Origin: Armatimonadota bacterium
GTDB lineage: Bacteria; Armatimonadota; UBA5829; DTLH01
DNA length: 64,000 nt
Direction: 5' to 3'
Assembly: GCA_039679675.1 (NCBI GenBank)
Contig: JBDKUN010000062.1
Coordinates: 32,001-96,000, forward strand
Shown: positions 37,456 through 47,402 of the stretch, one piece after another
Numbering within the stretch: position 1 is the stretch's first letter
Layout of the letters: every line of letters starts with the position of its first letter
Notes under the pieces: generated by a model
What the model saw: only the letters and a program-made list of their open reading frames with translations
Databases searched by the model: none
Told to the model about the DNA's origin: nothing
Position numbers and translations under genes: made by a program

Positions 37456-38184
37456 ATGATTCATGTAGAAGATCTCCATAAAACATACTATATGGGTGAC
37501 ATTGCGGTCCACGCCCTAAAGGGCGTATCGCTCGATGTCAAGCCGGGTGAGTTCGTGGCTATCATGGGGCCGTCTGGGTCAGGCAAATCGACATTCATGA
37601 ACATCATAGGATGTCTCGATAAGCCTACCGAAGGTTCTTACATCCTCGACAAACAGGAAGTAGCCGGAATGAACGACGATCAGCTTGCAGCGGTCCGTAA
37701 CCGCAAGATCGGGTTCGTCTTTCAGACATTCAACCTGATACCGAGGCGGCCAGCCTTGAAGCAGGTGATGCTTCCGATGCTCTACGACCCAGATGCTGCC
37801 GACACTGAGGCCAAGGCTAAGGCCGCACTGGAGCGTGTTGGGCTCGGCGATAGGCTCGACCATAAGCCGAACGAACTCTCAGGCGGACAGCAGCAGCGTG
37901 TAGCCATTGCGCGCGCCTTTGTCACCAATCCGGTTATCATATTAGGTGACGAGCCTACCGGCAACCTCGATACCCGGACAAGTGAAGAGATCATGGTGAT
38001 ATTCCAGGAACTCCACGCCGAAGGCAAGACTGTTGTAATAGTCACTCACGAAGAAGACATCGCGAAGCATGCACAGCGCGTGATTCGCTTCAAGGACGGA
38101 CACATCGTTTCCGACCAAAAGGCCGATCATCCGGTAGACGCGCGGGATGTACTGGCGAAACTGCCGGTGGAGGAAGAGTCATGA
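37456..38184 (+). CDS. MacB/LolD-type ABC ATP-binding protein
   Basis: [31 protein letters not shown]. Confidence 0.96.
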   Translation: MIHVEDLHKTYYMGDIAVHALKGVSLDVKPGEFVAIMGPSGSGKSTFMNIIGCLDKPTEGSYILDKQEVAGMNDDQLAAVRNRKIGFVFQTFNLIPRRPALKQVMLPMLYDPDAADTEAKAKAALERVGLGDRLDHKPNELSGGQQQRVAIARAFVTNPVIILGDEPTGNLDTRTSEEIMVIFQELHAEGKTVVIVTHEEDIAKHAQRVIRFKDGHIVSDQKADHPVDARDVLAKLPVEEES

Positions 38185-39401
38185 ACATTCTGGAGAGTAT
38201 ATCCGTCGCGCTGGAAGGCCTGGTCGCAAATAAAATGCGCTCAGCGCTCACTATGCTCGGCATTATCATCGGCGTATCCGCAGTTATCACTATGCTGGCT
38301 CTTGCGGGGGGCGCGAGCAGCCAGATGATGAGCCGGATCAAGCAGATGGGCACTAATGTGCTTATTGTCAGGTCAGGCCAGTCCAAGAGCGGAGCGGTCC
38401 GTGGCGGTTTCGGCAGCATGGACACTCTTACGCTCGATGATGCGGATGCCGTTGCCGAAAAATGCTCTGCTATTGCCAAAACAGCGCCTGAGGCGTCAGG
38501 AATGGCACAGGCCGAATTCCGCAACAACAATACCAATACAACCATACTCGGCACCACCCCAGATTATCTGGATATACGCAACTACCGGGTAAATAAAGGG
38601 AGATTCTTCAGGCTGCGGGATGTCAAATCGATGAGAACGGTTGCAGTCATCGGTCCGACGACCGCAACGACTCTCTTCGGCAAGATGTCTCCGGTAGGCA
38701 AGAAGATAAGTATTAAGGGTATCCGGTTCCAGGTGATAGGCGTGCTGGCCAGCAAGGGGACTGCAGGCGGATTCGGCGATCCCGACGACCAGATAATGGT
38801 CCCGGTCACGACTGCGATGCAAAGGTTGTTCGGTCTGCAATATATCCGTATGATCGATGCTCAGGCTGTTACTATGGCCCAGATGGACAAAGCAACCAGC
38901 CAGATCACAAAGCTTCTGCGTAAGCGCCACCGGCTGGCTGATAGTGCCGAGGACGACTTTGTCGTCCGCAACCAGGCAGAGATCATGGAAATGGCCAGCG
39001 AGACTTCCAAGGTCTTTACTCTGCTCCTTGGCGGTATAGCGAGTGTTTCACTTTTGGTCGGAGGTATAGGTGTTATGAACATCATGTTAGTCTCCGTTAC
39101 CGAGCGGACTCGTGAAATCGGCATAAGGAAAGCTATTGGAGCGCGGAATAGGGATATTCAACTGCAGTTCCTGGTCGAAGCTCTTGTGCTTTCGATGGCA
39201 GGCGGAGTAATAGGAATACTGCTCGGAATGGCCGGATCATCGATCATCAGCAGCATCTCGTCGTCATTTAAGGCGACTGTTTCGCTGGGGTCTATTCTCT
39301 TATCATTTGGTTTCTCTGCGCTTGTAGGAGTCTTCTTCGGCTATTATCCAGCCCGTGCCGCGTCACAGTTGGACCCTATAGAAGCGCTGCGTTACGAATA
39401 A
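38181..39401 (+). CDS. MacB/FtsX-type ABC permease
   Basis: RSALTMLGIIIGV, VGGIGVMNIMLVSVTERTREIGIRKAIGA, DPIEALRYE. Confidence 0.96.
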   Translation: MNILESISVALEGLVANKMRSALTMLGIIIGVSAVITMLALAGGASSQMMSRIKQMGTNVLIVRSGQSKSGAVRGGFGSMDTLTLDDADAVAEKCSAIAKTAPEASGMAQAEFRNNNTNTTILGTTPDYLDIRNYRVNKGRFFRLRDVKSMRTVAVIGPTTATTLFGKMSPVGKKISIKGIRFQVIGVLASKGTAGGFGDPDDQIMVPVTTAMQRLFGLQYIRMIDAQAVTMAQMDKATSQITKLLRKRHRLADSAEDDFVVRNQAEIMEMASETSKVFTLLLGGIASVSLLVGGIGVMNIMLVSVTERTREIGIRKAIGARNRDIQLQFLVEALVLSMAGGVIGILLGMAGSSIISSISSSFKATVSLGSILLSFGFSALVGVFFGYYPARAASQLDPIEALRYE

Positions 39402-39419
39402 GATGAAAGGAAAACTGCA

Positions 39420-40037
39420 ATGAAACGCGTATTGGCTTGTATTGTCGTGTTGATCGTCCTTGTAGGCGGATATTTTGCATACAAAAGCAGTTCCGGAGTG
39501 GCAAAAAGCTCTGCAGGGGACACTTCACAGGGATTTACGGCTTCCGGCGGGCAGATGGGTGGATCTCAGGGCTCAGGCCGGTTTGCAGAGTTACAGAAAG
39601 AGCATAAATACGCATTCCAGATGCTTAAGCAGCTCAATAGTATCAGGCGTCTGGAAGAGAGTGGCAAGGAACCGCTCACAAAGGCTCAGGCTAAGTCTAT
39701 CCTCGCGATAGTACAACCCCTGCGTGAGAAAAAAACGCTGGATGAGACCAGCGCAGAGGATGCTGTCAAGGCGCTGCAGGCTGTAATAACAGATAAACAG
39801 CGCTCGGTGATCAGCGCGCTTCCTGCCGAGCAGCAGTTCCGGCAGGGCGGCCCGCCCCAGGGCATGCCATCGGGCAGGCGGCAGGGTGGCCCTCCTCCTG
39901 GAGCAGGCGGTCCCGGTGGTATGAAGAATTTCAACCCGCTCAACCGTCCGGCAGGCGGGCCTCCCGGAATGCAGGGGCAAAGACGCGGAGGGATCGAAAA
40001 ATTGCTCGACGATTTGAAGAAGAAGAGCGGGGATTAG
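39420..40037 (+). CDS. Exported G/P-rich protein with LTxxQ-like motifs
   Basis: N-terminal TM/signal, LTKAQ and ITDKQ motifs, GGPP-rich tail. Confidence 0.7.
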   Translation: MKRVLACIVVLIVLVGGYFAYKSSSGVAKSSAGDTSQGFTASGGQMGGSQGSGRFAELQKEHKYAFQMLKQLNSIRRLEESGKEPLTKAQAKSILAIVQPLREKKTLDETSAEDAVKALQAVITDKQRSVISALPAEQQFRQGGPPQGMPSGRRQGGPPPGAGGPGGMKNFNPLNRPAGGPPGMQGQRRGGIEKLLDDLKKKSGD

Positions 40038-40111
40038 GATTTAGTGAGAGTTTCTTCCGGGCTGTATTTGCAATGCAGCCCGGAATGGCCTAAATCCTTC
40101 CCCGAAAATGC

Positions 40112-41092
40112 TTACACTTTCACCGCTGTGCCGGTTTCGGATGAACGATAGACTGCGTGGGCGATAGACAGGGCTTCCTGTCCATTCAATCCAGTCTCGA
40201 AAGGCCTGCGGCCATCGGTGACGGCGTGTACCATATCTTCTATCTCCATTGCGAGTGAACGGTCCGGCTCCAGTGAAAGATCGAAGACCTCCTCAAGCCC
40301 TGCCCCGCTCAACCCGACGGCGACAGTGGCGTTATCGTAGTCGAGTTTGATGTATCCTTCCGTCCCGGAGATGTCCATAGAGAGATAGCCCACCCAGTCA
40401 GTCCATGAGGAGTGAATAATGGCTGACCGGTTGTCAGATGTTGTGAGGATCGCGAACGCATTATCTTCGCATGGTTCTATCGGCAGCATCAATATTGCCG
40501 TCCGCCCTGTTACCTCCTTGAAATCACCCATGAAGAAGCTGCAGAGGTCTATAAGGTCCATACCGTTGTCGAGAAGCGTGCCGCCGCCTGAAAGCTCGCA
40601 ATCGACCATCCAGTCCGCCGGACGCTCTGTGTAACCTCCACGGCTTGTCCTGCCACGGATGAAGAGAATTCTACCTATCCTGCCTTCGTTTATTATGTTT
40701 CGAGTTTTGATGACTGCAGGATGATAGCGGCGGCGAAATCCGGTCCTCAGTCTGACTTTGTGTTCTTGTGCTGCTCCGATCATCTGTGCCCCCTCGGACG
40801 GGTTCCGCGCCAGCGGGCGCTCGCACAGGATATTTTTTCCGGCTTCAGCAGATGCCAGGGCGATTGCAGCGTGAAGGTTGTTGGATGTGGCGATGACTAC
40901 AGCGTCCACATCGGTCCTTGCAATGGACGATCTCCAGTCAGTGGATGAATCAGCTCCGTAGCGCCGTGCCAGACTCTCTGCGCGGTTTCTCACCGTATCC
41001 ACGCAGACGATAACCTCAGCACCCTCCACGGAGTCTATAGCTGCTGCTCTCCTGCTGCCTGCCTCACCGCAGCCGATTATTGCAAATCTCAT
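40112..41092 (-). CDS. Gfo/Idh/MocA-family oxidoreductase
   Basis: IIGCG, CERPLA (EKP-like), GGGTLLD, EDNA. Confidence 0.88.
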   Translation of the reverse strand: MRFAIIGCGEAGSRRAAAIDSVEGAEVIVCVDTVRNRAESLARRYGADSSTDWRSSIARTDVDAVVIATSNNLHAAIALASAEAGKNILCERPLARNPSEGAQMIGAAQEHKVRLRTGFRRRYHPAVIKTRNIINEGRIGRILFIRGRTSRGGYTERPADWMVDCELSGGGTLLDNGMDLIDLCSFFMGDFKEVTGRTAILMLPIEPCEDNAFAILTTSDNRSAIIHSSWTDWVGYLSMDISGTEGYIKLDYDNATVAVGLSGAGLEEVFDLSLEPDRSLAMEIEDMVHAVTDGRRPFETGLNGQEALSIAHAVYRSSETGTAVKV

Positions 41093-41167
41093 GTCTTCCC
41101 TCCGGCTCCCTTTTTATTACGAAAGAAGGAGAAGGGTGGATAGAGGTTCTCGACACCTGCGGTGTCG

Positions 41168-41342
41168 GCTTCGGCAGCAAGCAGTCCGAAGCAATAACCC
41201 GACCGCAGTTCGTCCTACTACCCCGTGGACCTACTGGACCACGGGGTGTATTAGCCGTGGACCTACTGGACCACGGGGAGAAGCACGAGTCTCCACTAAT
41301 CCGGAAAGGCCGGCTTCGCGCAAAATATGTGCGCCGAAGCAT
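41168..41342. repeat. Cluster of REP-like palindromes, including a tandem CCGTGGACCTACTGGACCACGGGG pair
   Basis: Four palindromic modules, each shared with other intergenic sites. Confidence 0.85.
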
Positions 41343-41405
41343 TCCTAAATCCTCTCTATTCCCTGTTCCCTATTTCGTGATAAAGAACCCCCGAACGGAG
41401 AAGAC

Positions 41406-42077
41406 CTAGAGTGGAGATGAGAATTTCAGACCGTAATAAGTCTCTCCGTCCAGGATGTACACTTTGGCCTGCAGCCCTGCGACAGGCCCCCAGCCTAAAG
41501 CGTAATTAAAGTCCTTTTGGAAGTATTCCGCAGAAACCTTAAGTCCAAGCGGCAAAGTTGCCTCTGCACCGCCAAAAACATTATCAATTCCGCTGACGCC
41601 GAACCCTGCATGGACTTTTACATCGCGTACAGGCAGGGGCAGTTCCTTTGTAAGCGGCACGGCTTTGCTGAATGCAAGGAAATATCCGGTCCCATCGGCG
41701 GTTTTATCAGTAAAGTCCCAGACGCCGATGCTTATGGCAGGTGTGAGGGTGGTCTCAGGCACAAGGCCGAGCTGTGCGTTCACTATGTCGAAATCATCTT
41801 TATCGAGCGAAGTATCGAAGGTGGCTATCCCCCTGCTTTTGGTGGTAGTCTCATTTTTGAAATCGAACCTGATTGCGTTTACTTCAAATTTCTGCAGGCC
41901 GAGCCCCAGCCAGTATACTTTGGAATCGTTGTTAGAAGGGCTGGTAGCTGCTTCAGCCTTGACTGCTCCCGGAGAGAGCGTAGTGCCGGTAGGCGCGAAT
42001 ATTATCCTGTCGGCAAAAACCGGTCCCGCAGCCAGAACTGCGAGGACTAATGCAATGCAAGTGACTATTCTTCTCAT
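41406..42077 (-). CDS. Secreted, probable outer-membrane beta-barrel protein (YjbH-like)
   Basis: Signal peptide, alternating beta strands, PAISIGVWD and FGGAE motifs. Confidence 0.65.
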   Translation of the reverse strand: MRRIVTCIALVLAVLAAGPVFADRIIFAPTGTTLSPGAVKAEAATSPSNNDSKVYWLGLGLQKFEVNAIRFDFKNETTTKSRGIATFDTSLDKDDFDIVNAQLGLVPETTLTPAISIGVWDFTDKTADGTGYFLAFSKAVPLTKELPLPVRDVKVHAGFGVSGIDNVFGGAEATLPLGLKVSAEYFQKDFNYALGWGPVAGLQAKVYILDGETYYGLKFSSPL

Positions 42078-42089
42078 CTGTTTCCCCTT

Positions 42090-43271
42090 TCAAGAGCCCT
42101 GCCGGTCGATACCAGCTTCACAGATAGCTTCTACCGCGCGGTCAATGTCGTTCGGATTGCTTCGAGCGGCGGTATCGATTATGGCAACAAACTCGACGGT
42201 GTGCGGCTTGGGCGAAGGCCTTTGGCTGCTCACACGGTAACGTTTATACTGTCTGGTCAGCACCGTAAGGCTGCCTCGGCCGCCCAGCACCTTGAGCAGC
42301 TCATCAGTTGGTACAATCCCATCAGTACTATAACTTACCAAGACGTAACGAGCACGGATTCTAGCCACAAGCTCAGAAAATGACGGTAATGCCGTTGATT
42401 TATAGCAGTAAGGGCTGCGCCGGAGGGTGCGCCAGTCCAGCCGGATCGCCGATTTACGGCCTGGTACGATATGTCTGCTGACAGGCGGCTTGTCCCACAG
42501 CGCAACGGTGTTCAGCAGGTGATAGTTCGAGCCGTACTGGTGCTGGTTGTAGGGAGGGTCGATATAGGCTATATCACAGTCGACATTCTGCGCGACTTCC
42601 AGGGCATTTTCTCTTATTGCAGCGTTAGTCTGGCCATTGTCGTAGAAGACCGGAGGCGACACGGCGAGTTTGCTCCGTATACGGTAGAGAGCGGTGCTTG
42701 TCCGGCCTCCCCATCCATGGTGAAACCCCTTGAAGACACCCGATGTGTTGCTGCAGTAAGACGCCTGGTAGATAAGCGGAGCGAGGAGTACGGCCTCTTC
42801 CATCCTGTCGATAAGCCCGGACTTGCGCCATGAGCTGATTTCTTCGCGGATCGCATCGATTTTTTGACCGTTTTCCTGAGTGTAAAACATCCGCTCGCTT
42901 CTGAAGTCCGGGTTTTCATCGTCTACCGGGCAGTAATATGTCGCTATGTAGCCCCGGACCGGCGGCAACGCGTTCAGCTTTTGGAAAACGCGGTCGATCC
43001 CGCCGAACGCTCTGAATGCAGGCGGCCGGTTTGCTTCGATATACGCGAGATTGATCTTCTCGGTGTAAGGCTCCCAGTCGTTCGATATGACGCGAAAGCC
43101 CATCCGCTTGGCGAGCCTGGAAACGACGCCGCTTCCGGCGAAAAGATCGCAGAAAACGCCGTTTTTCAGCCCGGTGGCCTCCACCGCCGACCGGATCATC
43201 GGAAGGAGCTTTCTTTTATTGCCTATATACGGGATTAACTGGTGCCTGAGATATGGATCGTTTAGGAGCAT
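42090..43271 (-). CDS. DNA adenine methyltransferase (D12/alpha class), apparently orphan
   Basis: YIGNKRKL, DLFAGSG, DPPYNQHQYGSNYHLL, SYS.DG motifs. Confidence 0.9.
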   Translation of the reverse strand: MLLNDPYLRHQLIPYIGNKRKLLPMIRSAVEATGLKNGVFCDLFAGSGVVSRLAKRMGFRVISNDWEPYTEKINLAYIEANRPPAFRAFGGIDRVFQKLNALPPVRGYIATYYCPVDDENPDFRSERMFYTQENGQKIDAIREEISSWRKSGLIDRMEEAVLLAPLIYQASYCSNTSGVFKGFHHGWGGRTSTALYRIRSKLAVSPPVFYDNGQTNAAIRENALEVAQNVDCDIAYIDPPYNQHQYGSNYHLLNTVALWDKPPVSRHIVPGRKSAIRLDWRTLRRSPYCYKSTALPSFSELVARIRARYVLVSYSTDGIVPTDELLKVLGGRGSLTVLTRQYKRYRVSSQRPSPKPHTVEFVAIIDTAARSNPNDIDRAVEAICEAGIDRQGS

Positions 43272-44399
43272 CTACTTCTCGGCTGACGGAGCCCATACGG
43301 GGCTGGAGTTGCTGCCTTTGCCTTTGGTCAGGTTCGTGATCTTACCTGTCCCAACATCGGCGGAGTAGATATCACCGTTTTTGCAGTAGGTGATGACCTC
43401 TCCGGTGGAAGCCCATCCTGTGTCCGTTATGTCACCCTTGTCGACAACCTTCACCTCACGGTTCGCAATATCGAATGACATCAGTTTTACGGGGATATAG
43501 TCGTTCGCATTCCTTCTCTTGATTTCCACTGCTGCGATTTTACTGCCGTCAGCGGACCATGTGGGGCTGGTCATAGCATTACCGCTGTAGAGTATCGGAA
43601 TATTGTTGTTTTCGGCATCGACTACTAATAGAAGTCCTGTCCCTTTTGAATCGGTCATAGTCATCGCCAGTTTTGCTCCGCTGCGGTCCCATTTTTCAAA
43701 GACCTGCTCTTCGGTAATGGGGAGTGGGCCCTGGTCTGTAGCTGGACTCATCAGCTTAGGCGCGTCATCATTGCTGTTCATTAAGACGGCTTCCTGTTTG
43801 TCGTCAGCCGACCTCACTCCGGCCAGTTGCTTGCCGTCGGGTGATCTCTCTGCCCAGACATAATAGGACTTCGTACCGTTCATGCGCTCGACCGATGCTT
43901 CCTGTTGAGTAGGAAGGACCCGCCCTGGCTGGCTTCCATCCGATCCGATACGCCACAACTCGCCGCCGCACAGGAAAGCTATTTCGCTTCCGTCGTGGCT
44001 GATGCTGATCCGGGACTTAACCCCCGATATCTTCGAGATCCTGTGCAGGTGCGAGCCGTCCACATCCATTGAATAGATCTGTGAGCCGTCCTGGCCGCGT
44101 GACGACACGAACACAATCGAATAGCCATCGGGGGAGACTACCGGGTCGGAGTCCGCGAACCCATCGTTCGTGAGGGGCTTCTGTCCCGTTCCGTCCGGGT
44201 TCATTATCCATATGTCCTGGTGGCCGTTTCTGTCGGAAACGAACACTATATTGTTCGTAATTGACTTCTCCCACGGAAGCCGCCAACCGAACCACTGGGT
44301 AAGTGTGCCGGTCAGAGCGAGTATTACTACTCCAAGTAAAAGCGCGAAGAAAAGCATCCCAAAGATGCCTTTCAACTCAGCCTTTTTTAATATCCTCAA
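43272..44399 (-). CDS. TolB-like beta-propeller protein
   Basis: FVSDRNG..DIWIMNPDGT, SPDG and PTWSADG repeats; N-terminal TM. Confidence 0.85.
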   Translation of the reverse strand: MRILKKAELKGIFGMLFFALLLGVVILALTGTLTQWFGWRLPWEKSITNNIVFVSDRNGHQDIWIMNPDGTGQKPLTNDGFADSDPVVSPDGYSIVFVSSRGQDGSQIYSMDVDGSHLHRISKISGVKSRISISHDGSEIAFLCGGELWRIGSDGSQPGRVLPTQQEASVERMNGTKSYYVWAERSPDGKQLAGVRSADDKQEAVLMNSNDDAPKLMSPATDQGPLPITEEQVFEKWDRSGAKLAMTMTDSKGTGLLLVVDAENNNIPILYSGNAMTSPTWSADGSKIAAVEIKRRNANDYIPVKLMSFDIANREVKVVDKGDITDTGWASTGEVITYCKNGDIYSADVGTGKITNLTKGKGSNSSPVWAPSAEK

Positions 44400-44591
44400 G
44401 TTGCTATGCCTCCTGTAAACCTATTATACATACGCAATTTCTGCGAAAAAATGCTGTTTATTACCGCAGTGCTATTACAAACTCTTCTATCTTGGGTAAA
44501 CTTACACATCCGTGGGAGAAAATCCTTTCGGACCCGGCCTTGAAGCTCACAGTCAGCTTATGTTAAAATACAATCAGAACTGGAGAAGAGG

Positions 44592-45569
44592 ATGATCATT
44601 ACCCAGACTCCTTTACGCATCAGTTTCGCCGGTGGAGGCACTGACTTCGCCGACTTTTATGCAAGAGAAGAAGGATGCGTTGTTTCATCCGCAATTGATA
44701 AATATATCTACGTCATCGTAAAGGAACGGTTCGATGACAATATCCGCGTAGGTTACTCCCGAACAGAAATGGTCAGCAATGTCACAGAAATCGAACATGA
44801 GCTGGTTCGAGAGAGTCTGCGGAAAGTAGGTATAAAGAGCGGGATCGAGATTTCCACAATGGCCGATGTTCCTTCGGAGGGTTCCGGCCTGGGGTCATCG
44901 AGCACTGTCACGGTCGGTCTTCTGAATGCGCTCTATGCGTTTAGGGGAGAGATCAAACCGGCTGAGATCCTGGCAAGAGAAGCATGTGAGATCGAGATCA
45001 GCGCACTCGGCAAGCCGATTGGGAAGCAGGACCAGTATATTGCGGCTTACGGCGGTATACGCTGCATCAAGTTTATAAGAGACGGCAGTGTAACTGTCCA
45101 ACCGCTCGAGATGGACGGCTTTCGACGAAGACAACTCGATGAAAGCCTGATGCTGTTTTATACAGGCATCACTCGGAAGTCGAGCGGCGTGCTTTCTGAG
45201 CAGAAAGATAATATAGCGGACAAAATGTCCGTGCTGAGGAAAATGCGCGATCAGGCATATACCGTTCGCGATTGCCTTACCGGTTCAAGAGTTAACCGGC
45301 TGGGCAATATCCTGAGCGCCGGCTGGGGTTTTAAGAAATCTCTGGCATCGAACATTAGTAATAGTTATATAGACGAGCTTTACGAAAAGGCCTTGAAGGC
45401 CGGCGCAGCCGGCGGAAAGGTAGCTGGAGCTGGCGGCGGCGGTTTTTTACTGCTTTATTGCCAGCCGGCTTATCAGAACAGGGTCCGCAAGGCGCTTGCA
45501 AACCTCAAAGAGCTTCCGTTTCGACTTGAGCGGGATGGAAGCAAGGTCATCTTTAATGTCCGTCGATAA
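44592..45569 (+). CDS. hddA: D-glycero-alpha-D-manno-heptose 7-phosphate kinase (GHMP)
   Basis: [32 protein letters not shown]; adjacent to gmhA. Confidence 0.85.
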   Translation: MIITQTPLRISFAGGGTDFADFYAREEGCVVSSAIDKYIYVIVKERFDDNIRVGYSRTEMVSNVTEIEHELVRESLRKVGIKSGIEISTMADVPSEGSGLGSSSTVTVGLLNALYAFRGEIKPAEILAREACEIEISALGKPIGKQDQYIAAYGGIRCIKFIRDGSVTVQPLEMDGFRRRQLDESLMLFYTGITRKSSGVLSEQKDNIADKMSVLRKMRDQAYTVRDCLTGSRVNRLGNILSAGWGFKKSLASNISNSYIDELYEKALKAGAAGGKVAGAGGGGFLLLYCQPAYQNRVRKALANLKELPFRLERDGSKVIFNVRR

Positions 45570-45616
45570 TGGGCATTACTAAATGATTGGTGGTTACACA
45601 AATGGAGGTATGCAGG

Positions 45617-46207
45617 ATGCATATAGTTGCTGCGGACCGTTCTAACCTTATCAGCAGTTATTTAGATGATGTAGCGAGAATCATTTCCGAGCTTCCGCCG
45701 GAGACAATTGGTGATCTGGTTCAGACTATCAAGCGAGCTTACGAAGATGGAAGACAGGTTATGATCTGCGGGAACGGCGGGAGTGCCGCTACTGCGTCTC
45801 ACCTGGCCTGCGATCTACAAAAAGGGATTGGTTGTCTCGGTGACCAAAAATTCCGTGTTTTATCGCTAAATGATGGTGTTGCTACTATAACGGCCTGGGC
45901 CAATGATACCGATTATTCAAATATATTTGCGGAGCAGGTCGCGACGTGGGCAAATCCGGGTGACGTATTGATCGTCATAAGCGGAAGCGGTAATTCTCCC
46001 AACATTCTCCGCGCTGTGGAAGTCGCTAAGTCCGGGGGAGTTACGACAATCGGTCTAACCGGCATCGGCGGCGGGCGGCTCGCTGAAATAGCCGATAAAC
46101 CGGTCGTAGTACCGAGTAACAGTATGCAGCAGGTCGAAGACGTCCACGTAGTACTTTCGCACTTGATTTTTACATGTCTTTACCAGGAAATAACCGGACA
46201 CGAGTAG
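45617..46207 (+). CDS. gmhA: Phosphoheptose isomerase (SIS domain)
   Basis: GNGGSAA.ASH, TAWAND, SGSGNSPN, EDVH. Confidence 0.9.
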   Translation: MHIVAADRSNLISSYLDDVARIISELPPETIGDLVQTIKRAYEDGRQVMICGNGGSAATASHLACDLQKGIGCLGDQKFRVLSLNDGVATITAWANDTDYSNIFAEQVATWANPGDVLIVISGSGNSPNILRAVEVAKSGGVTTIGLTGIGGGRLAEIADKPVVVPSNSMQQVEDVHVVLSHLIFTCLYQEITGHE

Positions 46208-46740
46208 TCTTCCTTGACCGTGATGGAGTCATCAATGAGAACAGGGACGACTATGTCAAAAATACAGATGAGTTTTGTTTTTTGCCGGGGTCGCTCGATG
46301 CGCTGAGACGATTACACGCGGCAGGGTTCAAGGCCGTTGTGATTTCGAACCAGGCCTGCATCGGTAAGGGCTTGTTGACCAAAGAAGCTCTTGCGAGTAT
46401 AGACCGGTTGATGTTTTCCCAGGTCAGGAAAGCGGGTGGGGAAATCGCCGCTACGTATTACTGTTACCACAGGCCGGAAGATAAATGCGACTGTAGAAAG
46501 CCAGCTCCGGGACTGATTTTGCGGGCTGGTCGCGATATGAAGATAGACATCGAAGATACTGTCTTTATCGGAGATAATGCCAAGGATGTGCAGGCGGGCC
46601 AGGCCGCCGGGTGCAGGACTGTTCTGGTGCTCTCCGGTATGGTTTCGGCCAGTGTTGCCAGTGCGATTGATCCGGCTCCTGATCTTGTCGCCGCCGATCT
46701 TTCTGAAGCGGTGGATCGCATTATAGCAGGGGAAGTATAG
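46174..46740 (+). CDS. gmhB: D,D-heptose 1,7-bisphosphate phosphatase (HAD)
   Basis: FLDRDGVIN, SNQ, CYH....CDCRKP, IGD. Confidence 0.93.
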   Translation: MSLPGNNRTRVVFLDRDGVINENRDDYVKNTDEFCFLPGSLDALRRLHAAGFKAVVISNQACIGKGLLTKEALASIDRLMFSQVRKAGGEIAATYYCYHRPEDKCDCRKPAPGLILRAGRDMKIDIEDTVFIGDNAKDVQAGQAAGCRTVLVLSGMVSASVASAIDPAPDLVAADLSEAVDRIIAGEV

Positions 46741-46751
46741 GCAGGGGGAAA

Positions 46752-47402
46752 GTGAAAGTGTCGCTCGAAAGTATGAGTGTGCCTGCAGCGGATGTCCGCT
46801 CAGGTTACCTTTTCGTTAAGCGCGTCATCGATGTCATCGGCGCGCTGGTCCTGCTGCTCCTTCTTTCGCCTGTTTTTCTGATCATAGTCATATGCATAAA
46901 GCTGGATTCCAAGGGCACGATTATTTTCCGGCAGAAGCGGCTCGGTCTGGGTGGTAGAGCATTCGTCTTTTACAAGTTCAGGTCCATGTGCGTTGATGCC
47001 GAGAAGTCGAAGACCAAAATACTTCACTTGAACGAAGTCTCCGGGCCTATATTCAAGATCCGAAACGATCCAAGAATTACCCGTGTCGGCAAATTTATGC
47101 GGCGCTACAGTCTGGATGAGCTTCCGCAGCTCTTCAATGTCCTAAAAGGCGATATGTCTTTCGTAGGTCCGCGTCCTCCGCTTCCTGATGAAGTCGAGCA
47201 GTATGAAGAATGGCAGCTCAGGCGGCTTTCCGTAATTCCCGGCATCACATGCCTGTGGCAGATAAGCGGCAGGAGCAAACTGAGCTTCGATGAGTGGGTA
47301 AAACTCGATCTGCAATACATCGACTCGCGTTCTATCTGGTTGGACATCATAATACTTCTCAAAACTATTCCTGCTGTAATATCTGCTGACGGAGCTTACT
47401 AA
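46752..47402 (+). CDS. Priming polyprenyl-phosphate sugar transferase
   Basis: KFRSM, DPRITRVG, DELPQLFNVLKGDMS.VGPRP, PGITCLWQ. Confidence 0.95.
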   Translation: MKVSLESMSVPAADVRSGYLFVKRVIDVIGALVLLLLLSPVFLIIVICIKLDSKGTIIFRQKRLGLGGRAFVFYKFRSMCVDAEKSKTKILHLNEVSGPIFKIRNDPRITRVGKFMRRYSLDELPQLFNVLKGDMSFVGPRPPLPDEVEQYEEWQLRRLSVIPGITCLWQISGRSKLSFDEWVKLDLQYIDSRSIWLDIIILLKTIPAVISADGAY

